IMG/VR virus record: IMGVR_UViG_3300009177_000029
Span: 41,064 to 105,063 of that record
DNA: 64,000 bases
Source of the DNA: a virus
Lineage: Duplodnaviria; Heunggongvirae; Uroviricota; Caudoviricetes
Direction: 5' to 3' (one strand)
Shown here: positions 47,974 to 57,059 of the stretch, in pieces
Position numbering within the stretch: the first letter of the stretch is position 1
Layout of the letters: each line of letters starts with the position of its first letter
Position numbers and translations under genes: made by a program
The notes under the pieces: model-generated
Database searches by the model: none
Told to the model about the DNA's origin: nothing
What the model saw: the letters and a program-made list of their open reading frames with translations, nothing else

Positions 47974-49080
47974 TCAACGCCTCCAAGCTGGCGTAGCTAC
48001 ACGTGCGTCTAGTGCTGCTACCTGAGCGCAGCGTGGGCACGAAGAAAGACTCTTGTGCATGTAACCACAACCGCCGCATGACGTCATAAAGTCAGGGGCA
48101 AGAGGAGTTGCCGCAGACTGCACGACTGGAATCTCTACCGAAGCCACAACAGGTGCTTCGAATGGACGTGGCACGAAAGAAGCCTGAGCTACCTGTGGAC
48201 CGAAGAGCGTAGTCTCTCCGGATGTCGCGATAGGGTCAGGCTTTGGTGCAAGCTTTTCCTTCGAACGTGTCACCATAGAGAGAAGACGAGAGTTCAATCC
48301 CTTGAGAATGTCCGTTGCGCTGTGCGTACCGTTGCACTTCTCGCAAGTTTCACCATCGGTATTGTGCTCACAAGACTTGTCAATCTTCTGGCCTTCCTTC
48401 AATGGCTTTCCTTCCTCAGCGGCATGGTGCATCTTCTTGTCTCCGTACTTCTTGTTGCCAACAGCAGCAGCGATCTTGGCTGCACTCTCGGCAGAGTGGC
48501 CTTGTCCTTCAATCTTGCTCTGTAGCTTGTCAAAGCCGATGTGTGCCTTTTCCATGCCTGCGTTCTCCAAGTCTTCGTATGTGGCAATAGCCTTCTCAAG
48601 CTTAGCAGATGGATCCGCTAGGAACAAGTGCTTGATTAGTTTGCCTTTGTGGGATGTGAGCTTTTGCTTGAAATCGTCCATGTGGAACTCCTTCATTGAA
48701 CCGAAGAACTTCGGGTCGTTGTAGTGGTCCAAATAAGCCTGCTTAGCCTCAGTTGCTGAATGAAATCCGAGCATTACCTTCTGCTCGTCTACTTCTTTGA
48801 AGCCCGGCTTCTTCATCTGGGTAACTACGAAGACCTTGGTTGAGTCCTTCTTCGGACCCACAAATACGTCTACTTCATCACCGTCTGTACCCAACGTGCC
48901 ACGAATGTAGCCATATGGATACTTCATCTTTGTTGAACCCTTCTCACCTGAGTTTGGGTCATACCAATGGCGTGAAGACCCAGCTCGATTCTCTACGGAT
49001 ATAGGAAGACCTTGAAACTCCACCTTTCCATGGAGTTTGTAAGCCTTCTCCATGTTCTCCGCAGAGAGATAGAGATTCAT
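47974..49080 (-). CDS. Inorganic pyrophosphatase-like domain protein (polyvalent-protein InPase type)
   Basis: FQGLPISVEN, YPYGYIRGTLGTDGDEVDVFVG, DEQKVMLGF...AKQAYLDHY; start trimmed to MNLYLSAENMEKA. Confidence 0.8.
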   Translation of the reverse strand: MNLYLSAENMEKAYKLHGKVEFQGLPISVENRAGSSRHWYDPNSGEKGSTKMKYPYGYIRGTLGTDGDEVDVFVGPKKDSTKVFVVTQMKKPGFKEVDEQKVMLGFHSATEAKQAYLDHYNDPKFFGSMKEFHMDDFKQKLTSHKGKLIKHLFLADPSAKLEKAIATYEDLENAGMEKAHIGFDKLQSKIEGQGHSAESAAKIAAAVGNKKYGDKKMHHAAEEGKPLKEGQKIDKSCEHNTDGETCEKCNGTHSATDILKGLNSRLLSMVTRSKEKLAPKPDPIATSGETTLFGPQVAQASFVPRPFEAPVVASVEIPVVQSAATPLAPDFMTSCGGCGYMHKSLSSCPRCAQVAALDARVATPAWRR

Positions 49081-50852
49081 CCGCCACCTCGGTAAGCGTC
49101 CATCCATTCATCTTCCAACGAGATTTCCAAGACCTTTGTCTTGTCACCCAGACTGATGGACTTAGTAAACCCATCAGAGTATTGAGGTCCGCTGCCCTTG
49201 TCAGGCTGCTGGCTTCCCTGGTCGCCACCCTGGCCTTGCGCCTGTGCTCCGGGAGCTGCCCCAGCCGTTGCGCCGGTTGCTGCTTCCATCTGCTTCTGCT
49301 GAATCTCGCGCTGTCCAAGCTGCTGGATGTACGCGGTGTACACAGGGTTCATTACTACGTCACCGTGTGGCACGTCAGCCAAGTCCTCGGCACGACGAAT
49401 CTCGTTCATCGTCTTGTACGTCGCAAGTTGTTCCTTGCGAAGTTCATGCTTTTCCTGCTCAGTAAGCTCATCCAAGCCCACGAAATCAAACGTGAAGTTG
49501 TCATCTAGCTTGTGAACAATCTGGTCATTGATCTGCTTTGCGATGAAGCGAAGCATTGGCTTGAGACCACGGTCTCGGGATGCCTTGAGCTTCCATTCCT
49601 GAGACGACTCGAAAAGTGGTGTCTGCTGGACACCGCCATGCATGTCGAAGTTCAACTCAGCGGGGTCGATGAGGAACACAGCGCATGTGATCTTGATGAG
49701 GTACTCGATCCACATCGAGTATTCCATCTCTTGGTTCGATGGATGCAAGTCAACCCAATCGACGCCCTGCTCTGCCTGCATGATAGGCGTACGCCACGAG
49801 TTCTCAACACCTTCAAGGTTTGCACGCCACTGACGCTTGAATGCCTCAAGCTGGTCTGGCGTCAAGTTGTCACCCTTGAAGTTCAAGATACCCTTAGGAG
49901 CCGAGCCCTGCATGAAGAAGCGGCGGTTGTACTCCTCAGCGAATAGGTGGGCGGTGATGATGGTGATGAGCTGCTCAAGTTCTGAGTAACCGTATCCCTG
50001 CACGTAAATGTCCGAACGTGGGTTGCGGACGCCGAACGCAAGTTCGTTGCGTGTGTACGTGCTGCGCACAACACCGTTCACAATCTGGATGTAGCTCGGA
50101 ACGTCTTCAATCTCAGGATTGCGTACATGCATGGTCTTGTACGGCATCTGTAGATTGGTCATCATAGCGTTTGGCACAATCGATTGTGGCCACTGACCCA
50201 GGTTCTGTGTCACTGCGTGCCTCTGTGCCGTAGCGTAGTCGAGGTCGATGTTGTTCGCTGCCAATCGAATCGTAGATGCATCTACAGCCATGAACTCGTA
50301 GGGCATGCCACGACGGTCCGGCACTACTTCAAAGCAAGACTGGTCGTACATGAGTGAGTCACGTACGATCTTCTTGAGGAAGGTCTCAAAGTCATCGCGA
50401 GCTACCGGGCTGTGAGGATTTGGATCCTTCGCGCCACACTTGTAGATGAAGTTCTCCATCGACTGGATGAACTCACGTTCACCCTTTGTCGTTGAACGAG
50501 CTGGATTGCGGTGCTTGATTTCGAAGCCCAAAGACTTGGACATACGGTATGGGCTAGCAAAGGAGGCAACCTGCATACAGCGAGTCTGGATGATTGCAGC
50601 AATCAAGGAGAGTTGCTGAGGAATGCGCTTGAGCACATCATACGTGAGCGAGTAACGACGGTCCTTGTAACCCATAGCAAACTGAATGCTAAGTGGGTCG
50701 AACATCAAAGACTTCGGACCGTTCTTTGCCTTACCTGGTTCGAGTCTGGACTTCGTGATTTCGTCATGTACCAATAGAGGCACAGCACTAGTAGCATCAC
50801 GCCACGTGCTTACCTTGTCTACCCAAACGCCGAAATCGTTACCTGTGGTCAT
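49077..50852 (-). CDS. Portal protein
   Basis: IVRDSLMYDQ..FEV, VDASTIR, YGYSELEQL, FFMQGSAPKGIL, TMNEIRRAEDL. Confidence 0.93.
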   Translation of the reverse strand: MTTGNDFGVWVDKVSTWRDATSAVPLLVHDEITKSRLEPGKAKNGPKSLMFDPLSIQFAMGYKDRRYSLTYDVLKRIPQQLSLIAAIIQTRCMQVASFASPYRMSKSLGFEIKHRNPARSTTKGEREFIQSMENFIYKCGAKDPNPHSPVARDDFETFLKKIVRDSLMYDQSCFEVVPDRRGMPYEFMAVDASTIRLAANNIDLDYATAQRHAVTQNLGQWPQSIVPNAMMTNLQMPYKTMHVRNPEIEDVPSYIQIVNGVVRSTYTRNELAFGVRNPRSDIYVQGYGYSELEQLITIITAHLFAEEYNRRFFMQGSAPKGILNFKGDNLTPDQLEAFKRQWRANLEGVENSWRTPIMQAEQGVDWVDLHPSNQEMEYSMWIEYLIKITCAVFLIDPAELNFDMHGGVQQTPLFESSQEWKLKASRDRGLKPMLRFIAKQINDQIVHKLDDNFTFDFVGLDELTEQEKHELRKEQLATYKTMNEIRRAEDLADVPHGDVVMNPVYTAYIQQLGQREIQQKQMEAATGATAGAAPGAQAQGQGGDQGSQQPDKGSGPQYSDGFTKSISLGDKTKVLEISLEDEWMDAYRGGG

Positions 50853-51349
50853 CGTGCCAGCTTTCTGATGGACTTACGCAACTCGTCCTGTAGCCAGGTA
50901 TTGAAACGGTTGCGCTCGGAACCTGTTATTGTAGCATACCCCTTCATGACGTCATCACGAGTATAACCACAAACATCGACCAAATATTCGATTTCACGAG
51001 CATTTGGTGTAACCACGTCTAGTTGGTCCTGCAAGCTAGCAGTAAATGACTTGAGCAAGTCAAAGCCATCCACATTGAACGCCTTCTTGACGTCTGGCTT
51101 ACCTACAATCCCGCGCTCTTGGGCAATCTGAGTGTCCAACTTGCGGTCATTCTCAAGCTCATCGTCGAGAGAGCCAGTATTATCACCGGCATCATCCGAG
51201 TGTACCTTGTCATCTGGCTCAGAAAGCGCGTCAGTCTTACTGGTCGTGAACGACTCGTTGTATTCACGAATGCTCTGACGTTCTGGCTTTGCGTCGTTCG
51301 CAGTGTTTGGAATCTGCACTGCTTTGCTTAGATCAAGATAGAGATTCAT
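50849..51349 (-). CDS. Putative internal head protein
   Basis: MNLYLDLSKA start, LLKS. Confidence 0.65.
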   Translation of the reverse strand: MNLYLDLSKAVQIPNTANDAKPERQSIREYNESFTTSKTDALSEPDDKVHSDDAGDNTGSLDDELENDRKLDTQIAQERGIVGKPDVKKAFNVDGFDLLKSFTASLQDQLDVVTPNAREIEYLVDVCGYTRDDVMKGYATITGSERNRFNTWLQDELRKSIRKLAR

Positions 51350-53511
51350 GCCTGACCTCTTGGTGTGTTCTTGGGAGCCTTGGTATCGTCCTTGGTGACC
51401 GGAGGCTTGCTCTTTTCGCGGTCCATCTGGTGCGCGTCATGTAGAAGTCGGTGACCCGCATGTGTTGCACCAGAAATACCATAGTTTACTACCTGAGAAC
51501 CTGCCTGGCCAGCCGCGCCGTATGGAGACGTTGCCGAAGCTGCCAAACCATGGCCAAGCGCACGACCCTGATGAATCATGTTCATAGCATAGTTTCCGCC
51601 AGTATCCACAGATCCTGCTTCATCACCCTGTTCTGTCTCTGGCTTTGGTGGCTTACCATGTTCACCCGATAGCTTTTCAAGCTCTTGCAGTTCGGCCGTG
51701 TGTGCCTTTCCGGGCACCATGTCCATCTGTTCGTGCTTCTGTAGCTCCGCAATGATGTGCTGGGCCTTCTGCTGGTCCTCTGGCGACATGTTCGGATTCT
51801 GCTGCATGTGCTGCTCTAGTGACTCACGCAACTTCTTTGCCTTGGACTGGTGTGCCTGCACACGTGCATGATCCAAATCAGTCTGAGGAGGCTGAGGCTG
51901 GTCAGCGGCGGCCTGTGCATCTGCGGCAGCTTGCTTTGCTGACGTCTTCTCATCTAGCTTCTGCTGCTTAGTCTGTTGCTTCTCAGAAGCTGCACGGTCC
52001 TTTTCAGCCTTCTTTGAAGCTTCTGCCGTGTTCTTCTTGTCTGCCTCTGCCTGCATTTCCTGGTGAGTCTGTTTGATGCCCATTCCAGACACCGCATTCT
52101 CTACGTCGCCTAGTTCCTTCTTGTGTGCTGCGGTTGGTGTGTAACCGATGTTGGAGTGGTACACAGCCATCTGGTGAGCACGCTCAAGGCGCTTACGGTC
52201 ACCAGGGCTCAAGTCCTTGTTGTTCTGTAGGTGAGACTCGGCCAAGTCTGCTACACGCTTTGCACGCGAAGTGTGCGTGTCGTGCTGCAAACGCTCGTGG
52301 TTGTTGGATGGTTCTGAAAGCTCTGGCTTCTCTGGAACCTTCTCTTCCTTCTCAAGCTTTGGCTTCTTGGGAGCAGCACTCTTGCCGCCCATTTCCTTAC
52401 TCATGGAGTGAACAGCCTTCTTCTCTTCGTAGTCCTTCAAAGCCTGCTTGTTCTTTTCCTTGAGAGCCTCAGCCTTCTCTTGAAGCTTCTTGTGCTTTTC
52501 CTTCGACGAAGCCAAGTCCTTCTCGGCCTTCGAACGCTGTTCGTGATGAACATCGCGCATGCCTTCTTGGTGCTTCTGCGAGTCAGCTTCTGCCTTCTCA
52601 GGCTCAACTTCCTTCTGACCTTCGGTTGCACGCTGGTGGATACCCTCGTGGTACTTAGCCTGGTCGTGCATGCCTTCTGCATGCAACTGGTTCGCAAGAT
52701 CCTTGTGATCTTCGGAGCCCATGCCCTCAGTGCGCTTACGTGCCATGTCCTGGTGGAACTTCGCTAGCTCTGCGTCACCGGACTGTCCAGCTACCTGTGA
52801 AAGCCTGTAGTGGTCCATTGGCTTGCTGTCTGGTGGAACAGAAGCTTCATTTGCCACCATAGGGTTCGGTACTGCGGCCGTACCCATGCCAGGACGGTCC
52901 ATGTTCTGACCGGCGACCTGACCTGTGAGCTGACTTGGTGCCTGTGGTTGTGGCTTCATAGGAGCCACAGATGGTTCATCCGGAGTTGCACCCTGCAACA
53001 TCGAACGAGTCTTGGCACCGTGTGGGTCTTGCTTGAATGCCTGTGCAGAGAAGTCTGGGTGTCCCTTTGGCTCTTCTTTTGCAGGGTCAACGGTCTCCGT
53101 GTGGAACTCGCTGGTGTTAACCGGAGTGAATCCCGCTTCGCCCTCACCTACATGTAGTGGGGGTGGAATACGCTTCACCTGGTCAGATCCTACACCACCA
53201 ATGTTGGTAGCGCCTGGTGGCACACCTGGATTGCCTGTGTCCTTACCCGTTGACTCGTCGCCAGGGGTTTGGCCAGTCTGCATCTTCGCCTGTGCCTCTT
53301 CTGTGTGTTCCTGTAGCTTTGAGGAACCCAACTGATGGTGACCACCATCAGGACATGCTGGACCTAGAGGACAGTCCACAGTCTGCGGTCCAGAGCCGCC
53401 AGTGGCAGCGCCAGGCGTCTTAGGAGGTGCAGAAGCGCCATTAGCGCCTCCTCCGGTTGGAGGGGCGCCCATAGCTTTCGATAGGTTCTCTAGGTCCAGG
53501 TACAGTCTCAT
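51346..53511 (-). CDS. Low-complexity H/K/Q-rich putative internal head protein
   Basis: MRLYLDLENLSKA start; duplicated helical unit (HTSRAKRVADLAESHL / HQSKAKKLRESLEQHM). Confidence 0.65.
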   Translation of the reverse strand: MRLYLDLENLSKAMGAPPTGGGANGASAPPKTPGAATGGSGPQTVDCPLGPACPDGGHHQLGSSKLQEHTEEAQAKMQTGQTPGDESTGKDTGNPGVPPGATNIGGVGSDQVKRIPPPLHVGEGEAGFTPVNTSEFHTETVDPAKEEPKGHPDFSAQAFKQDPHGAKTRSMLQGATPDEPSVAPMKPQPQAPSQLTGQVAGQNMDRPGMGTAAVPNPMVANEASVPPDSKPMDHYRLSQVAGQSGDAELAKFHQDMARKRTEGMGSEDHKDLANQLHAEGMHDQAKYHEGIHQRATEGQKEVEPEKAEADSQKHQEGMRDVHHEQRSKAEKDLASSKEKHKKLQEKAEALKEKNKQALKDYEEKKAVHSMSKEMGGKSAAPKKPKLEKEEKVPEKPELSEPSNNHERLQHDTHTSRAKRVADLAESHLQNNKDLSPGDRKRLERAHQMAVYHSNIGYTPTAAHKKELGDVENAVSGMGIKQTHQEMQAEADKKNTAEASKKAEKDRAASEKQQTKQQKLDEKTSAKQAAADAQAAADQPQPPQTDLDHARVQAHQSKAKKLRESLEQHMQQNPNMSPEDQQKAQHIIAELQKHEQMDMVPGKAHTAELQELEKLSGEHGKPPKPETEQGDEAGSVDTGGNYAMNMIHQGRALGHGLAASATSPYGAAGQAGSQVVNYGISGATHAGHRLLHDAHQMDREKSKPPVTKDDTKAPKNTPRGQA

Positions 53512-54218
53512 CCAGCTCCCTCAGCATCGAAGTTCATGACGGGCTTCACGTTGATGCCTGCTCCACCAGCATCAGTGCGGAAGAACTCATGTGATGACTG
53601 TCCCCTTTGCGAACGCGGAACCGTTGGTGCCGCTGGTCTATTTGCACGCTCTTCTGCAATCTGTTGTGCAACACGATTACGGCGCATAGACCTGTCTACT
53701 CCGAACGTTACCTTGTTCTGCTTATCCGCCTCCGTGAGTGGAGTCAACTCGGCGGCAGATACTTGTGCTACTACTTCTGCGGGCATGACCTCTTGTAGAG
53801 AGGATTCATACTTCGAGTCCTGAGTCACGTAGAGTTCAAGCTTACCTGGACCCGCTGTGATACGGTGCGTTGTGTCGCTAGAAACCACAACTTCGTCACC
53901 ATGTGTAAGGTGACGCTCATTCATCTTGCCAACAACAGTCTGACCTTCTTCTGGCTTGTCGAACGTCTGGTAGATACCGACGCCTGAAACAACACGATAG
54001 ACTCGTGTCTTCTTCTCGTGCTTCCACGTGGGCGTCATGCACTGAGGCATGACAGTCAAGAACTTCGTCTCAAAGCTCTTGGTCTTCGAACCTTCTACGA
54101 AATAGCCATAGTCGGTTTGTTCACGAGGTCCAACTACCATCGGTGGTGCTTGCAACTTCTCCATGATGCGAGAATGCTTGCGTAGCGTCTTTGGATCAAT
54201 CTGCTGTGGTCGTCTCAT
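53508..54218 (-). CDS. Cupin-fold protein
   Basis: LTVMPQCMTPTWKH..YRVVSGVG..LTHGDEVVVSSDTTHRI..LELYV. Confidence 0.65.
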   Translation of the reverse strand: MRRPQQIDPKTLRKHSRIMEKLQAPPMVVGPREQTDYGYFVEGSKTKSFETKFLTVMPQCMTPTWKHEKKTRVYRVVSGVGIYQTFDKPEEGQTVVGKMNERHLTHGDEVVVSSDTTHRITAGPGKLELYVTQDSKYESSLQEVMPAEVVAQVSAAELTPLTEADKQNKVTFGVDRSMRRNRVAQQIAEERANRPAAPTVPRSQRGQSSHEFFRTDAGGAGINVKPVMNFDAEGAG

Positions 54219-54540
54219 GTCCCTGCTCCTTCAATGCGTTGTATACGCGTCTCTGTTCAATCACCCACACTCTATAGCGCTTCTCCGTGCAGGAACATGC
54301 TGGTACTACTTTTTCACCGGAAGGTGTAGTCAGAGTTCCTAGGATACCACGTCCGTGGCACTTGGTGCAACTTCGCTTTGCCCAATACCGCGAATCTTTT
54401 GACGGAATGACGGTTTGAAGCCATGCAATGAACTTTTGCCGGTCTTCCTCATACTTCTGCTGTACTTTGTCTGCCACTGCGGGTGGAAGGTGGCGGAACA
54501 TATTTACTACGGCAGTATCTACCTTCTCAGTGCTGTTCAT
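54196..54540 (-). CDS. Zinc-finger hypothetical protein
   Basis: CTKCHGRG...CSC. Confidence 0.6.
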   Translation of the reverse strand: MNSTEKVDTAVVNMFRHLPPAVADKVQQKYEEDRQKFIAWLQTVIPSKDSRYWAKRSCTKCHGRGILGTLTTPSGEKVVPACSCTEKRYRVWVIEQRRVYNALKEQGHETTTAD

Positions 54541-54542
54541 GG

Positions 54543-54785
54543 TTACCTTCTACGTTTCGGCGATGTCGTACGTCCAACAGTCAGAAGATTGCTCGCACGG
54601 ATCCGTCCATTTCGAAGCGCATTCTTACGCGCTTCGACCTCTGCCCTATGTTGAGCTTCCCAAGCCTGTCTCGATTCTGGACAGTCACATACAGGCATCA
54701 TGCCAACAGGCATGTCTCCGGTGAAGTCGATCGTAGGCTTGATGTCCTTCTCACAATAGGGACACTTGAATACGGGTGAAATCAT
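54543..54785 (-). CDS. Small zinc-binding hypothetical protein
   Basis: CPYC...CDC. Confidence 0.6.
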   Translation of the reverse strand: MISPVFKCPYCEKDIKPTIDFTGDMPVGMMPVCDCPESRQAWEAQHRAEVEARKNALRNGRIRASNLLTVGRTTSPKRRR

Positions 54786-55075
54786 TTGCGGTACGCAGTA
54801 TCCGGCTGATTCAAACGAGGCTTGTAATAGGTTGGCGTGACCAGTCTGATAGCCGTGCCTTGAATGACGCCGTTGGGAAACCTTAGCTCCAAGCGGTAGT
54901 CCTTACCTATCTCCATCCGGTCGCTAATCGATCTGATCGGCTCATTGTTGAGGAACACAAAACCAGCGCGAACATAGTTTCTACTCTCCCTCGGAGAGTT
55001 TGTCAAACCTGAGAGGTCGAGAACACGCCAAACCTCGGCATGGGTTGCTATACGACTAGGCCAGACCACATTCAT
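54782..55075 (-). CDS. Stand-alone S4 RNA-binding domain protein
   Basis: VWRVLDLSGLTNSPRESRNYVRAGFVFLNNEPI matches the S4 (TyrRS C-terminal-like) pattern. Confidence 0.7.
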   Translation of the reverse strand: MNVVWPSRIATHAEVWRVLDLSGLTNSPRESRNYVRAGFVFLNNEPIRSISDRMEIGKDYRLELRFPNGVIQGTAIRLVTPTYYKPRLNQPDTAYRK

Positions 55076-55082
55076 GGCGTAT

Positions 55083-55091
55083 AGTGTAGCA
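55083..55091 (-). promoter_or_regulatory. Extended -10 promoter, candidate leaderless start
   Basis: TG-C-TACACT, 7 nt upstream of ATG at 55075. Confidence 0.45.
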
Positions 55092-55092
55092 C

Positions 55093-55130
55093 AAAAGCAA
55101 AAGGCCCGTAGCCATTGGAGCTACGAGCCT
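55093..55130 (-). terminator. Intrinsic terminator ending tRNA operon
   Basis: GGCTCGTAGC/GCTACGGGCC stem followed by TTTTGCTTTT. Confidence 0.75.
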
Positions 55131-55142
55131 TCGTGTTGGTAG

Positions 55143-55215
55143 ATTCGGGCGCGAGGAATCGAACCTCGATTGGTGGGGTCAAAGTCCACTGTCCTGCCTT
55201 TAGACGAAACCCGAA
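55143..55215 (-). tRNA. tRNA-Gln(TTG)
   Basis: Cloverleaf; loop CT-TTG-AC. Confidence 0.88.
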
Positions 55216-55288
55216 GCTGGTAGGGAGAATCGAACTCCCTCTATTCCTCGTTACGAATGAGGTGCCGCACCATTTCGGCATTACCAGC
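55216..55288 (-). tRNA. tRNA-Thr(CGT)
   Basis: Cloverleaf; loop TT-CGT-AA. Confidence 0.85.
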
Positions 55289-55337
55289 ATGTGGGTTGGT
55301 GTTACCCAACCCGAGCGATTATGTTAGCACACTGCGG

Positions 55338-56918
55338 TCAGAGTGCAACCTGATTGATCTTGTCCGTCCAGAAAGTTGCCGATCCGGTGTTGGACGAGAA
55401 CTCGTTGATTACTTCGAACACGTTGTCCGAGAAACCACCAACATTCAACGTATCCTTGCGGGTCGTTGCCTGCGTCGTGTTCTCGACCTGAATGTCGATG
55501 CAAACCAACTTTGCCTTCGGGTTTCGTGTCTTGAACACATCCCACTCAGACTGTAGGTTTCCGCCGTAGCGTGCTCCCCAGGTGTAGTTGTGTGCCCAGG
55601 ACTCGTTATCCGAGACCATGATGATGAGATCACCTGCCGCCTTCTCACGGTTCAACAATGCAACCGGAGCTGCACAGTTCGTTCCGCCACCAGGCGCCTT
55701 CATGATCTTCTGCGCGTTGGTCATGATGGAGTCGAACGGATTCAACTTCTCACGCCATGCGTCCGTGTGGAACAAGATGACCTCTGCGTCAGGGTTCTTG
55801 CGAAGAACCGATGCTGCCACGAGGGCTGCAACATCCTTGCAAGTCGTCTTCGACGTTGCACCCGCACGGTGACCCGTAACAGGTGAACCCATCGAACCCG
55901 ACACGTCAATCATCACGTAGACCTTGCCTTCGTACTTTGGAACGTTCGCCGTAGCGTGCTCCATTGCCTCTTGCAAAGCGTTCGTGATCTTCGCAGGCAC
56001 CGCAGGGTCTGCGTTCAAGTACGCGGTAAGAAGCTGATAAGGGAAAGCGCGAGCCTTCAAGACCTCATCCTTCGAACCGAGACGATGTGCGATGGTGTTG
56101 ACCATCTTCTGGTTCTTGAGAACGCCGTGACGCTCAAACGTGTTGAGGTTCATGCGCGTCATCATCCAGCCCGCCTTCTCTGCGATGGACGACCACTGCT
56201 TCTCAGTGAGAGGCAAGGACGTCAACATGCGGAAATCAACGTCTGGAACTTCCAGAGAAGTGTTCTTCTTGAAGTTCTCGTACTGCTGGATCACACCAGG
56301 AAGAGCTGCGGACTGTGCATCCGTCAACTTCTTGCCGATGAGGTACGCGTACATAGCCTCACGAGACGCACCTTCTGGCGATGGGTGGACCATCTTGATC
56401 ACGTCACCCAACGAAGGCTTGTCGCCTACGGAGTCACGGAACAAAGAACCGTCCTTACGACCGTTCAACCATGCCTGAATCGCCTTCTTCGGCGCAGAGC
56501 CAAGTGACTTACGTCCAACTGCACCGGAGCGCATGATCTGGACGAAGTTACGAAGCATCTTGCCATTGTCGATGACGCGAGGGAACGTCTTCTTGAAGAG
56601 GTCAGCATCACGCGTCGAAAGAACTGCAAGAAGGAATGCAGGCATGTCCTTCATGAAACCCTTGTCACGAGCGTAGATTGCCGTCTTCGCCAAGAACTCA
56701 GGGGAAACCTTCTGCGCGAGCGCAAGAGTTTCCTTCATCTGACGTTCTGCCGTCGAATAGAACGTGTCGTTGAACGTACCAGTGCATGCATACTGAGCTA
56801 GCGCAGCCTCATCAGCCATTGCGTAAGCCGTACCGCCTGCCTTGTTTACCGCGTCTGGCTTACGAGAAGCCTTGCGAACTGCGGATACACCACCACGAAA
56901 TAGATTTGCGTTTGCCAT
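55338..56918 (-). CDS. rsr: Ro60/Rsr TROVE-domain RNA-binding protein
   Basis: AGGTAY..EAALAQYACTGTFNDTFY, MKDMPAFLLA, WMMTRMNLNTFERHG, ARAFPYQL, vWA MIDVSGSM and SDNESW. Confidence 0.95.
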   Translation of the reverse strand: MANANLFRGGVSAVRKASRKPDAVNKAGGTAYAMADEAALAQYACTGTFNDTFYSTAERQMKETLALAQKVSPEFLAKTAIYARDKGFMKDMPAFLLAVLSTRDADLFKKTFPRVIDNGKMLRNFVQIMRSGAVGRKSLGSAPKKAIQAWLNGRKDGSLFRDSVGDKPSLGDVIKMVHPSPEGASREAMYAYLIGKKLTDAQSAALPGVIQQYENFKKNTSLEVPDVDFRMLTSLPLTEKQWSSIAEKAGWMMTRMNLNTFERHGVLKNQKMVNTIAHRLGSKDEVLKARAFPYQLLTAYLNADPAVPAKITNALQEAMEHATANVPKYEGKVYVMIDVSGSMGSPVTGHRAGATSKTTCKDVAALVAASVLRKNPDAEVILFHTDAWREKLNPFDSIMTNAQKIMKAPGGGTNCAAPVALLNREKAAGDLIIMVSDNESWAHNYTWGARYGGNLQSEWDVFKTRNPKAKLVCIDIQVENTTQATTRKDTLNVGGFSDNVFEVINEFSSNTGSATFWTDKINQVAL

Positions 56919-56986
56919 AGAAACATTCTCCTTTCATCCCGTTGGAGACAACCCAGCACTATGCTGGTATAGCTATTCAGTTTTAA

Positions 56987-57057
56987 GCTGCGTTCCGGAA
57001 TCGAACCGGATTCTCCGCGTTACAAGGGCGGCGCGTCACCATTTACGCTTATGCAGC
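56987..57057 (-). tRNA. tRNA-Thr(TGT)
   Basis: Cloverleaf; loop CT-TGT-AA. Confidence 0.85.
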
Positions 57058-57059
57058 AT

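Noticed and set aside
1-55075. Stop-codon reassignment in this phage
   Set aside because: Conserved proteins (capsid, portal, helicases, Ro60) read full length in code 11 with coupled stop-start overlaps
50849-55075. Terminase large subunit upstream of portal
   Set aside because: No ORF there has Walker A/B or RNase H-like motifs
243-56507. Long plus-strand ORFs (e.g. 243-761, 20630-21466, 38364-39176, 55956-56507)
   Set aside because: Antisense shadows of well-supported minus-strand genes, with no motifs
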